A stretch of DNA of 64,000 nt from sequence record OQ561750. One strand, 5' to 3'. The notes beneath the pieces are model-generated. The model made no database searches and had not been told where the DNA came from. It saw nothing but the letters and a program-made list of their open reading frames with translations. Both the position numbers and the translations under genes were made by a program. The DNA is from Escherichia phage LHE83. Below are positions 29,459 through 37,313 of this stretch, piece after piece. Within the stretch, counting starts at the first letter, position 1. Every line of letters begins with the position of its first letter.

Positions 29459-30148
29459 ATGAACGGTCCAAAAATTTTTAATTCTAAAGCTCGTGCAGTA
29501 GGTGGTTTTGCTCAAGATATCAGTAATGATATGATTAAAAATGAGCCTATGTTCTTTAATTGCGATGCTTATTTTGCTCATAAACATGGCGGTCCTATTA
29601 CTCGTAGCTTTATTGAAAACCTGCCTGAAGATTGGCAATGTGGCCCTGATATTGTATTTGATTCCCGTGTACACATGTTAATGCCTGGCTGGTACCCTGC
29701 AATCCCAGGCTTCCACCATGATGATGTACCACGTCCGGATATTCCGGTTGGCCAACACTTTATTACCGCAGGGCAACCTGATTATGATAATCCTCGATAC
29801 CATTCTGAACATATTCTTGGTCTTGTTAACGCTGATGTGTGTCCTACTCATTTTGCAACCGGAACTGCACAGTTCAGTCAGATTCCTGAAGGCGAACTTA
29901 TCTATCGCCAGTGGCATAAAGAAGTTCTGGAAAAAATTGAGTCCAATGAATTAACCAAGTGGGATGCTCCTGACCGCACGTTGCTCCAGTTTGATTGGCA
30001 GACATGGCATACAGGTTCTCGTGCAGTAAGTAATGGGTGGCGCTGGTTTGGTCGGGTGTCTCGTAATACAGACCGTGTTAAAAAGATTACAAATGAAATC
30101 CGCGTTAATGCTCAAGTATATCTGGAATTCCCTATGGAGGGCTGGTAA
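29459..30148 (+). CDS. Hypothetical protein (229 aa) with possible metal-binding HHDD ... H arrangement
   Basis: PGFHHDDVPRPD and TWHTGSRA segments seen; fold assignment unverified. Confidence 0.45.
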   Translation: MNGPKIFNSKARAVGGFAQDISNDMIKNEPMFFNCDAYFAHKHGGPITRSFIENLPEDWQCGPDIVFDSRVHMLMPGWYPAIPGFHHDDVPRPDIPVGQHFITAGQPDYDNPRYHSEHILGLVNADVCPTHFATGTAQFSQIPEGELIYRQWHKEVLEKIESNELTKWDAPDRTLLQFDWQTWHTGSRAVSNGWRWFGRVSRNTDRVKKITNEIRVNAQVYLEFPMEGW

Positions 30149-30735
30149 TGGCCCTTTATGAACCTGGTTGTATGGGTATTGATACAAACTTCATCCGTCG
30201 GTCGGAAAATGCTGGAATTATTATCCCAAGTGGTGAGAATACGATTATTAAAAAGTCCTGGCGAAATATCGATGACTGCGATGAAGGAATTTCAGCCAGT
30301 ACAATAGATTGGTCAGGTTGTACTGCCGAAATGAAACAGCTTTTAATTGAGGAATATAAAATGGGCTATATTGTAAACGGCTGGCAAGCGGAACCACATA
30401 AAGAACAGACTCCAGACCCATTGATTTGTTATAGCAAAAAATACGGCTTCCGTGCCTGGAGTGATGAATACGACAAATTGGTGAGTTCTAGATTCTATGT
30501 TTGGATGGGTATATTATTTTTCCCACTCCTAGGGTTTTTCCTGACAACAGATAATGACCTGCCTATTTGTGTATTCGCTTCAGCGATGTCTGCTGCTATC
30601 TTAGGTCTTATCGCATCATTTTTATGGACCTCTGTTATCGAAGTACCTTTTCGTATTTCTAAAGTTAAAAAGGTATATGACGATATCACTAAGAAAAATA
30701 CATTAAACTCTTTTATTAAGGAATGCCGTAAATGA
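30148..30735 (+). CDS. Membrane protein (195 aa) with C-terminal FIKECRK motif
   Basis: Two C-terminal TM helices; C-terminal tail paralogous to 25919 gene. Confidence 0.5.
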   Translation: MALYEPGCMGIDTNFIRRSENAGIIIPSGENTIIKKSWRNIDDCDEGISASTIDWSGCTAEMKQLLIEEYKMGYIVNGWQAEPHKEQTPDPLICYSKKYGFRAWSDEYDKLVSSRFYVWMGILFFPLLGFFLTTDNDLPICVFASAMSAAILGLIASFLWTSVIEVPFRISKVKKVYDDITKKNTLNSFIKECRK

Positions 30736-30968
30736 GCATTGCAATTTATATTAAATCTGAGTCATGTGATTCTTATCTGTATTCCTATGATACCGGAACA
30801 TCAGAAGAGAAAATTAAAGAAGACTTAGAAAGCGATATGGATATGTTCTGTCCTATTGGTGACTATATGCTTCAAGTGTCTGATAGTGAAAGTCCATCAT
30901 CAGAAAATAGACTTCAAATTATTATGCAAGATATTTTTAAACAATCATGGGAACGAGACGATGAGTAA
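30732..30968 (+). CDS. Hypothetical acidic protein (78 aa)
   Basis: ATGA overlap with upstream gene. Confidence 0.4.
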   Translation: MSIAIYIKSESCDSYLYSYDTGTSEEKIKEDLESDMDMFCPIGDYMLQVSDSESPSSENRLQIIMQDIFKQSWERDDE

Positions 30969-31410
30969 GAAAGCTAAGGAATTATCGGCAGGTATTTTGT
31001 TCATGACCGTTGATAAAGAACTAGTTATGGGTCGTGTAACAGGCTCTCGTAATCCAGAGAACATGCGTCATAAATGGGACATTCCTAAAGGTCATGTCGA
31101 ACCAGGCGAAGAGCCTATTCAAGCGGCAATGCGCGAAACCGAAGAAGAGATTGGATTCACAGCATACGATCCTGCATTCCTGAAAGACCTAGGTGAGTTC
31201 AAATATTCAAGCAATAAGAATCTACATCTGTTCTTATATACAGTGCCTGTGGAACACGAGCAGTTCAAGGATTGCAAATGTACGGCTTACCATACGTTCC
31301 CTGATGGTCGTACTATTCCTGAATTCGATGCGTTCGCCTTGATTAAACGTCCGCAATGGGAATATGTCATGGGTAAGTCGATGTTTAAGGTTTTAGATTC
31401 GCTCTTTTGA
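30961..31410 (+). CDS. nudE: Nudix hydrolase (T4 e.1 / NudE-like)
   Basis: Nudix box GHVEPGEEPIQAAMRETEEEIG; adjacent to e as in T4. Confidence 0.7.
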   Translation: MSKKAKELSAGILFMTVDKELVMGRVTGSRNPENMRHKWDIPKGHVEPGEEPIQAAMRETEEEIGFTAYDPAFLKDLGEFKYSSNKNLHLFLYTVPVEHEQFKDCKCTAYHTFPDGRTIPEFDAFALIKRPQWEYVMGKSMFKVLDSLF

Positions 31411-31418
31411 TATAAATA
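31411..31418 (+). promoter_or_regulatory. T4-type late promoter TATAAATA for e, abutting SD-sequestering hairpin CCTCC/GGAGG
   Basis: Exact TATAAATA 22 nt upstream of e ATG; 5-prime arm CCTCC (31419-31423) pairs with SD GGAGG (31432-31436). Confidence 0.6.
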
Positions 31419-31440
31419 CCTCCTATACTCAGGAGGTATT

Positions 31441-31929
31441 ATGGATATTTTTGATATGTTACGTCAAGACGAAGGTCTTGATTTAAATCTTTATAAAGAC
31501 ACTGAAGGTTATTGGACTATTGGTATTGGCCAGTTAGTTACCAAGAACCCATCTAAAGACGTTGCTCGCGCTGAACTTGATAAGCTTATGGGTCGAGTTT
31601 GCAACGGTCGTATTACTATGGCTGAAGCTGAGCAACTCTTTAACCGATCGGTTGAAAATGCTCGTAGAGCTATTCTGCGTAATCCTAAATTGAAACCTGT
31701 TTATGATGTATTAGACGAAGTTCGTCGTTGTGCTTTAATTAACATGGTCTTCCAAATGGGTGAAGCAGGTGTAGCAGGGTTCACTAACTCTTTACGTATG
31801 CTCCAACAGAAACGTTGGGACGATGCGGCAGTTAACCTGGCTCAATCCCGTTGGTATAAACAAACTCCAAATCGTGCTAAGCGCGTGATTTCAACATTTA
31901 AAACCGGCACATGGGCTGCTTATAGATAA
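31441..31929 (+). CDS. e: Endolysin (T4 lysozyme, gene e)
   Basis: 162 aa; [30 protein letters not shown] with catalytic Glu11/Asp20/Thr26 equivalents; high similarity to T4 lysozyme along full length. Confidence 0.9.
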   Translation: MDIFDMLRQDEGLDLNLYKDTEGYWTIGIGQLVTKNPSKDVARAELDKLMGRVCNGRITMAEAEQLFNRSVENARRAILRNPKLKPVYDVLDEVRRCALINMVFQMGEAGVAGFTNSLRMLQQKRWDDAAVNLAQSRWYKQTPNRAKRVISTFKTGTWAAYR

Positions 31930-31934
31930 AAGCA

Positions 31935-31963
31935 GTTTACATCTCCTAGAATTGTGATAGTAT
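31935..31963 (+). promoter_or_regulatory. Early promoter (GTTTAC-N17-TAGTAT)
   Basis: Motifs upstream of ATG 32017. Confidence 0.5.
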
Positions 31964-32016
31964 ATCTACAGTTACTTGAACAGACCAATTAAAATATTTA
32001 CCTTTAAGGAATCCGT

Positions 32017-32613
32017 ATGAAAACGTATAAAGAATTTATCGCCGAAGCTTCTGTAGGAAAGGTCCAAGGCATTAATAAAGATGAGTGGACTTACAAAGGA
32101 AACGGCGTTGACAACCCAGGAAACGGTTTTGACGCTAAAACAGCTCCTATTGAACGGTATTTAGCTACAAAGGCTTCTGATTTTAAAGCTTTCGCCTGGG
32201 AAGGACTTCGCTGGCGTAACGACCTAAATATTGAAGCTGATGGACTTAAATTTGCCCATATCCAAGATGTTGTTGCTAGTAACTTGGACGCAGCTTTTGT
32301 TAAAGCTGACGGTGACCTTCGTCGCTGGAATTTAAAACTGTTCTCTAAACAGAAAGGTCCTGTATTTGTACCTAAAGCAGGTAAATGGACTATTGATAAT
32401 AAATTGGCTAAGGCGGTCAACTTCGCCGGTCTTGAATTTGCCAAGCACAAATCAGCATGGAAAGGTCTCGATGCAATGACTTTCCGTAAAGAATTTGCCG
32501 ATGTTATGGCTAAAGGCGGCTTTAAGGCAGAAATAGATACCTCTAAAGGTACGTTTAAAGACGCTAATATTCAGTACGCTTACGCCGTTGCTAATGCTGC
32601 CCGTGGTAATTAA
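32017..32613 (+). CDS. ipIII: Internal protein III-like (CTS MKTYKEFIAEA)
   Basis: 198 aa (T4 IPIII 194 aa); CTS N-terminus; position e-ipIII-ipII-denV as in T4. Confidence 0.6.
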   Translation: MKTYKEFIAEASVGKVQGINKDEWTYKGNGVDNPGNGFDAKTAPIERYLATKASDFKAFAWEGLRWRNDLNIEADGLKFAHIQDVVASNLDAAFVKADGDLRRWNLKLFSKQKGPVFVPKAGKWTIDNKLAKAVNFAGLEFAKHKSAWKGLDAMTFRKEFADVMAKGGFKAEIDTSKGTFKDANIQYAYAVANAARGN

Positions 32614-32654
32614 TAAAGCGAATACTCGGACCTATTTACATTTAAAGGAAACAT

Positions 32655-32957
32655 ATGAAAACCTATCAAGAATTTATCACCGAAGCGCGAGTAAGTGCGG
32701 GTAAATTAGAAGCCGCCGTAAATAAAAAGGCCCATTCATTTCATGATTTGCCCGATAAAGACCGTAAGAAACTTGTAAGCCTTTATATTGACAAAGAGCG
32801 TATTCTCGCTCTCCCAGGCGCTAATGAAGGTAAACAGGCCAAGCCTTTGAATTCTGTCGAAAAGAAAATTGATAACTTTGCTTCTAAGTTCGGTATGTCT
32901 ATGGATGACCTTCAGCAAGCGGCTACCGAAGCAGCTAAAGCAATTAAAGGTAAATAA
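32655..32957 (+). CDS. ipII: Internal protein II-like (CTS MKTYQEFITEA)
   Basis: 100 aa (T4 IPII 100 aa); CTS N-terminus; synteny. Confidence 0.6.
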   Translation: MKTYQEFITEARVSAGKLEAAVNKKAHSFHDLPDKDRKKLVSLYIDKERILALPGANEGKQAKPLNSVEKKIDNFASKFGMSMDDLQQAATEAAKAIKGK

Positions 32958-33017
32958 CGGTTTATTTTTACGATAGTTGTGATATAGTGTTCTCATACAA
33001 ACATGGAGAACACTAAA

Positions 33018-33425
33018 ATGACTCGTATCAACCTTACCTTAGTATCTGAATTGGCTGACCAACACTTAATGGCTGAATATCGTGAATTACCACGTGTTTT
33101 CGGTGCAGTTCGTGAACGTATTGCCAAAGGGCAAGGCTTCTCTGATATCCCTAAAGACTTCCGCCTTGGTTCAGGGCACGTCAAGTTCTTTTATGACAAA
33201 ATTGGTTTTTTGTTCTTGCGACAAAATGCAATAATTGAGGAACTTCTGAAGCGTGGTTACCAGATTCAAAATACCCATGTAGACGTAGCGGATATTCCAT
33301 TACGGCTTATGAACGATTTCACTCCAACCGAAGCTGATATAGCTTTAAGCCAAGCTCGTCTGGACGAAAAAATTGCACAGCGTCCTACCTGGTACAAACA
33401 TTATGGCAAGGCTATTTACGCTTAA
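33018..33425 (+). CDS. denV: Endonuclease V (pyrimidine dimer DNA glycosylase)
   Basis: Starts [31 protein letters not shown] and ends [15 protein letters not shown], closely matching T4 DenV; 135 aa from internal ATG. Confidence 0.85.
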   Translation: MTRINLTLVSELADQHLMAEYRELPRVFGAVRERIAKGQGFSDIPKDFRLGSGHVKFFYDKIGFLFLRQNAIIEELLKRGYQIQNTHVDVADIPLRLMNDFTPTEADIALSQARLDEKIAQRPTWYKHYGKAIYA

Positions 33426-33468
33426 TTAAATCCGTGATAGAATACTTCTATCAACTTAAGGAATAACA

Positions 33469-33768
33469 ATGAAAACTTATCAAGAATTTATCACAGAAGC
33501 CAAAGCTCCTAAAGCATTTCAAATTGGAGTTCAAGGCAATTTAGACCAAGAATATGTTGATGCTATTGTAGCAAGCCTCGGTAAACAGGGCGTACAAGTC
33601 GATTTTGTTGATTTTACCAAAGGTAATACTTTTAATATTGTTACATCTAAAGGTTCTTTAGCTAAAGTTAAAAAGGCCTTTGGCGTAGCACAAGCATATG
33701 AAATCGACCACTCCGAATTAGAAAATAAAGGTCGCCAGAACACAATTAGAGGTTCTGGTTCTTTCTAA
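33469..33768 (+). CDS. Additional internal-protein-like gene (CTS MKTYQEFITEA)
   Basis: 99 aa; identical CTS-type N-terminus, unrelated body; downstream of denV. Confidence 0.55.
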   Translation: MKTYQEFITEAKAPKAFQIGVQGNLDQEYVDAIVASLGKQGVQVDFVDFTKGNTFNIVTSKGSLAKVKKAFGVAQAYEIDHSELENKGRQNTIRGSGSF

Positions 33769-33864
33769 TAAAGGCAAGCCGGCCCTCTCCTCATGAACGT
33801 CGCGTCCTCTGAGTGATGGACCTTTCCCTACCTGTAATAAGGTCGAGCCCAAGTGCGGTAAAGG

Positions 33865-33893
33865 GTTTACATACGGATACATGGATGAATTAT
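33865..33893 (+). promoter_or_regulatory. Early promoter candidate (GTTTAC-N17-AATTAT) inside GC-rich spacer
   Basis: -35 GTTTAC seen; -10 weak. Confidence 0.35.
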
Positions 33894-33929
33894 GTGCCAA
33901 GGAACGGCCCCACCAACTAAGAGACAATT

Positions 33930-34457
33930 ATGAAATTTTTAACTCCCATTTATCTAACCTTAATGCACGCCTTCGCTGAACGCGCCATTGAACGTTTAGA
34001 CTCAGACCAATACACCTGGTATGAACCCGCTTCAAGAATGCAAGAGTTTGGTACTCTGAGACTTGACGGTGGGCGACAAACAGGTAAAACAAGTGCCATT
34101 GCGCAGTTTGCTGCGGATTGGGTTTCCAAGGGTAATGATGTGATTGTTATGTCGAGTTCTTCGCATCGCTCGCGAGAAATTTGTAATGTAATAAAACAGG
34201 TTTCTAAGGCACACCCACATCTCCAAGTCGAAGGTCCTGGTTTTGTTGTCTATGATACTGTGCGCAGTTTCCTTGATGAAGACAATTTCCATAAGTATCG
34301 TGGACTATCTGTTACTCGATTATTGATTATTATCGAAGAGCCAATGCGCCTTCCAGCGATGGATAAGTTCTATGAAGCTTACCAGGTAATGATTAATAAA
34401 TTTATGTGCCAAGGCGACAAGCCTTTGCCTCTGTTCTTTGTGATAGGAATGCAATGA
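33930..34457 (+). CDS. Small P-loop NTPase-like protein (175 aa)
   Basis: Walker A-like GGRQTGKTS and Walker B-like LLIIIEEP. Confidence 0.45.
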   Translation: MKFLTPIYLTLMHAFAERAIERLDSDQYTWYEPASRMQEFGTLRLDGGRQTGKTSAIAQFAADWVSKGNDVIVMSSSSHRSREICNVIKQVSKAHPHLQVEGPGFVVYDTVRSFLDEDNFHKYRGLSVTRLLIIIEEPMRLPAMDKFYEAYQVMINKFMCQGDKPLPLFFVIGMQ

Positions 34458-34750
34458 TGACTGATGAAGAACTTTTTGAGTTCTGTTATTTCTCACGTAA
34501 GGTTCGAAGAGAGGACCTTACTGCAAATTTCGAGTATGCTTATTTCTATCCATTAGAATATGTATTCATGACAGGGCCCTTTAAGGGCTCTCGTTTTAGA
34601 TGTCATGCCCCAAGCATCCGATTAATGAAACAGGTTCCTTACTTCACCCTCGAGTTCATCTCAGGGCCTTGTAAGGGTATTATAACTCGTAGTCTCTTGA
34701 CATATGACCAAGAGATTCATATGATTTCTGACTGGAAAAAATATGTCTAA
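34454..34750 (+). CDS. Hypothetical protein (98 aa)
   Basis: ATGATGA start/stop overlap with upstream gene. Confidence 0.4.
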   Translation: MMTDEELFEFCYFSRKVRREDLTANFEYAYFYPLEYVFMTGPFKGSRFRCHAPSIRLMKQVPYFTLEFISGPCKGIITRSLLTYDQEIHMISDWKKYV

Positions 34751-34961
34751 ATTGTCAATTGAAGGCTCTGATGAAGCTCTGAAGATGTTTGTTGATTGGT
34801 TCCACGAACAGGGCGAACAAGGCTTTTTGGAATGTTGGAATGGTGGACAATGGAACGGTAAAGAAACCGTTTATCCGAGCACATATATCTCTGTTCGTGG
34901 CGGACCCAACGGCCTTCGTTTAGTGGAATACGATATCGCAACTGGTGAGGAAGTAAAATGA
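34743..34961 (+). CDS. Hypothetical protein (72 aa)
   Basis: Overlapping start; compact array. Confidence 0.4.
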   Translation: MSKLSIEGSDEALKMFVDWFHEQGEQGFLECWNGGQWNGKETVYPSTYISVRGGPNGLRLVEYDIATGEEVK

Positions 34962-35236
34962 TTGAAGATATCAAGGGTTACAAACCACATACCGACGATA
35001 AAATCGGTAAAGTGAATGCTATTAAAGATGCCGAAATTCGGTTAGGGCTGATGTTTAAAGCTCTAGAAGAAGAACATGTTACCTATTATATGAACTTAGA
35101 TACCGAAGAGGTTTCTGAACAAGAACTAGACCAGGCTCATGAACGCATTACCCAGATTCGTAATGCAATTGACCGTCTTAAAGAAGCTAGTATGTGGGCT
35201 TGTCGCTCTGTGTTCCAACCAGAAGAAAAGTACTAA
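34958..35236 (+). CDS. Small helical acidic protein (92 aa)
   Basis: ATGA overlap; predicted helical by composition. Confidence 0.4.
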   Translation: MIEDIKGYKPHTDDKIGKVNAIKDAEIRLGLMFKALEEEHVTYYMNLDTEEVSEQELDQAHERITQIRNAIDRLKEASMWACRSVFQPEEKY

Positions 35237-35240
35237 AGCA

Positions 35241-35269
35241 GTTTACATCTCCTGTAGGTATGATACTAT
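35241..35269 (+). promoter_or_regulatory. Early promoter (GTTTAC-N17-TACTAT) inside 10-bp inverted repeat TCTCCTGTAG/CTACAGGAGA
   Basis: Hexamers plus conserved ACCTATCAA box; 3-prime arm carries SD of regB. Confidence 0.55.
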
Positions 35270-35297
35270 AAACCTATCAACTACAGGAGATTACAAA

Positions 35298-35756
35298 ATG
35301 TCAGAAATTAATTCAGAAGTATTCATCCGCCGCAATAAATTACGTCGTCAGTTCGAAACCGAATTCCGCGAACTGAATGCGTCCATCAAAAAAGCCGCCA
35401 TTAAGAGCGGAGTCCCAGCCTTCTTTATTAAGTACTCTAATCACTTGTTGGACCGTGCTATCCAACGTGAAATCGACGAAAAATACGTTTTTGCTTTATT
35501 CAAGCAACTCCATAACCATGTTAAAGAAATTCATGAATTTTTAATCCAGGAACCTCTGCCTGATGTAGAAGCCGAAATCATTCCTGGTAAAGTGTATCGC
35601 CCATTGCGTCTCGAAATTACCGATAAAACCTTATGGCTAGGTATGACTGTAGATCGTAAACATCCTGATAAAGGATACTCGTTAAAATGTCGTATGGCAT
35701 TTGTTAACTCTAAACGTTTAGAAGGTAAAACCAGCACGAAAGTAATCTATCTTTAA
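35298..35756 (+). CDS. regB: Sequence-specific endoribonuclease RegB
   Basis: 152 aa; EVFIRRNKLRR...HLLDRAIQREIDE...RLEITD...CRMA segments align with T4 RegB. Confidence 0.8.
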   Translation: MSEINSEVFIRRNKLRRQFETEFRELNASIKKAAIKSGVPAFFIKYSNHLLDRAIQREIDEKYVFALFKQLHNHVKEIHEFLIQEPLPDVEAEIIPGKVYRPLRLEITDKTLWLGMTVDRKHPDKGYSLKCRMAFVNSKRLEGKTSTKVIYL

Positions 35757-35768
35757 TAATGAGGTCTC

Positions 35769-36308
35769 ATGAAAAAAGTATTAGCCACTTTACTATTGAC
35801 AGTTAGTATGTCTGCCCATAGCGTAGAGCCTACTTTCAGTAATGAACAACTCGATAATTTACATTATGCGTATGCTTTCGGTGAACAATACCAAAAGTCG
35901 GGAAAGTTCAAAGAAACCCCTAATCAAAAAGGATTAGGATATATCATGGCCGGATTACTATGGCAGGAATCATCCGCCGGAATTAATCAAGGTTTAAATA
36001 AAGATAAGCACCATGCTTATGGCATGTTCCAAAATTACTTGCCTACGTTAAGAAGTCGTGTTCAACAGGTAGGTTGGAAGATGTCTGACAAAGAAATAAT
36101 TCGTATGGTCCAAAAACGACAGAACAGTGCCTCTTGGGCCTACATTGAACTGTCTTATTGGATTGATGTTCACAAAGGTGACCTGAGAAAAGCGATTGCT
36201 TCTTATAATGCGGGCTGGAACGCCAAAGCAGGCAGTAAATATGCTTCTGAAGTTCTAGAAAAGGCCAATTACCTAAAATCTAAAAAGATGTTTGAGGCGG
36301 TGTATTAA
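35769..36308 (+). CDS. Secreted lytic-transglycosylase-like protein (SLT-like motifs)
   Basis: Signal peptide MKKVLATLLLTVSMSAHS; motifs WQESSAG, GMFQ, SYNAGW resembling SLT family 1. Confidence 0.5.
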   Translation: MKKVLATLLLTVSMSAHSVEPTFSNEQLDNLHYAYAFGEQYQKSGKFKETPNQKGLGYIMAGLLWQESSAGINQGLNKDKHHAYGMFQNYLPTLRSRVQQVGWKMSDKEIIRMVQKRQNSASWAYIELSYWIDVHKGDLRKAIASYNAGWNAKAGSKYASEVLEKANYLKSKKMFEAVY

Positions 36309-36665
36309 ATGATTAAGCAGATGACTATAGCGCTTATGTTGATTGCTCCGGGAGTATTAGCGTCACAAGTTGATGATAGTAATAATTCAATTGTCGAGTA
36401 TGCTACCCGTACAGCAAAAGATTATTGTCATCCGAGTAATACTGAATGCATTATCGAATTCAGTTCAAAAATCACAGCTGCTTTTAAAGATGGCCAGAAC
36501 GACGTAGAGCATCGCCGAATGAAAGAGAAAACTCTTTCTAAAAGATACGAGCAACGTCTAAACGTTACTGAATGTATTCCATCTGATAAAAAGTACAAAG
36601 AAATGTGCGCGTCTATGGTAGACAGACTCGTTGATTCATACAACCGAGGATTAAACTCTAAATGA
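36309..36665 (+). CDS. Secreted small protein with signal peptide (118 aa)
   Basis: N-terminus MIKQMTIALMLIAPGVLASQ; TAAATG junction. Confidence 0.45.
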   Translation: MIKQMTIALMLIAPGVLASQVDDSNNSIVEYATRTAKDYCHPSNTECIIEFSSKITAAFKDGQNDVEHRRMKEKTLSKRYEQRLNVTECIPSDKKYKEMCASMVDRLVDSYNRGLNSK

Positions 36666-37129
36666 TTATTGATTATATTAAGGGCGATATCGTCGCCCTG
36701 TTTCTTCAAGGTAATAATGTTGCACACGGGTGCAACTGTTTCCACACAATGGGTTCAGGTGTAGCTGGGCAATTGGCTAAGGCTTATCCGCCTATTCTCG
36801 CTATCGATAAAACTACTTATTTAGGCAATTTGGCAAAACTTGGCACGTTTACTCAAGCTACAGGTAATAATGGCCAAATTTGCTATAATTTATATACCCA
36901 ATACGAACCAGGCCCTAATCTTGATTATGGTGCTTTAGTAAACTGTATGATAGAATTAAACCGTACCGCAAAAGGTCTTTTGTTTAAACCAAGAATTTAT
37001 ATTCCTCGCATTGGTTGTGGTATTGCTGGTGGTGATTGGGACAAGGTTTACCAATTGATTAATTTGTTTACTCCTGATATTAATTTAGTGGTGGTAGATT
37101 ATGAAAGCCCATTACCCGCATCCGTTTGA
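36662..37129 (+). CDS. Macro-domain protein (ADP-ribose binding/processing fold)
   Basis: 155 aa; GDI...NVAHGCNCFHTMGSGVAGQLAKAYP and PRIGCGIAGGDW parallel the GDIT...NAAN...GGGVDGAIHRAAGP and AFPAISTGVYGYP macro motifs (e.g. E. coli YmdB). Confidence 0.55.
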   Translation: MIIDYIKGDIVALFLQGNNVAHGCNCFHTMGSGVAGQLAKAYPPILAIDKTTYLGNLAKLGTFTQATGNNGQICYNLYTQYEPGPNLDYGALVNCMIELNRTAKGLLFKPRIYIPRIGCGIAGGDWDKVYQLINLFTPDINLVVVDYESPLPASV

Positions 37130-37313
37130 CCCTAAAAACAAAGCGGAAATTATTCGACGCTGGACCGAAACACGAGTAACTAAATGCCCTATAAAAAGTC
37201 AACACAACACCGATAAATGGTATATTGGTGAATATGTTGAATATACTTTTATAGATAAAAATAAACGTAAACAGCATGTAGAAGAATATTGCTTAAAGGT
37301 GCAATGGTTATGA
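37101..37313 (+). CDS. Hypothetical basic protein (70 aa)
   Basis: ORF overlapping macro gene 3-prime end in another frame. Confidence 0.35.
   Translation: MKAHYPHPFDPKNKAEIIRRWTETRVTKCPIKSQHNTDKWYIGEYVEYTFIDKNKRKQHVEEYCLKVQWL

Noticed and set aside
33718-33927. Minus-strand 69-aa ORF in the GC-rich spacer
   Set aside because: Antisense to the general transcription direction, overlaps the 3-prime end of the IP gene, no SD; likely an artefact of GC-rich sequence
34958-35236. Small helical protein as an Acb2-type cyclic-nucleotide sponge (T4 vs.4 lies in the corresponding regB-tk neighbourhood)
   Set aside because: I cannot recall the Acb2 sequence well enough to compare; positional argument alone is insufficient
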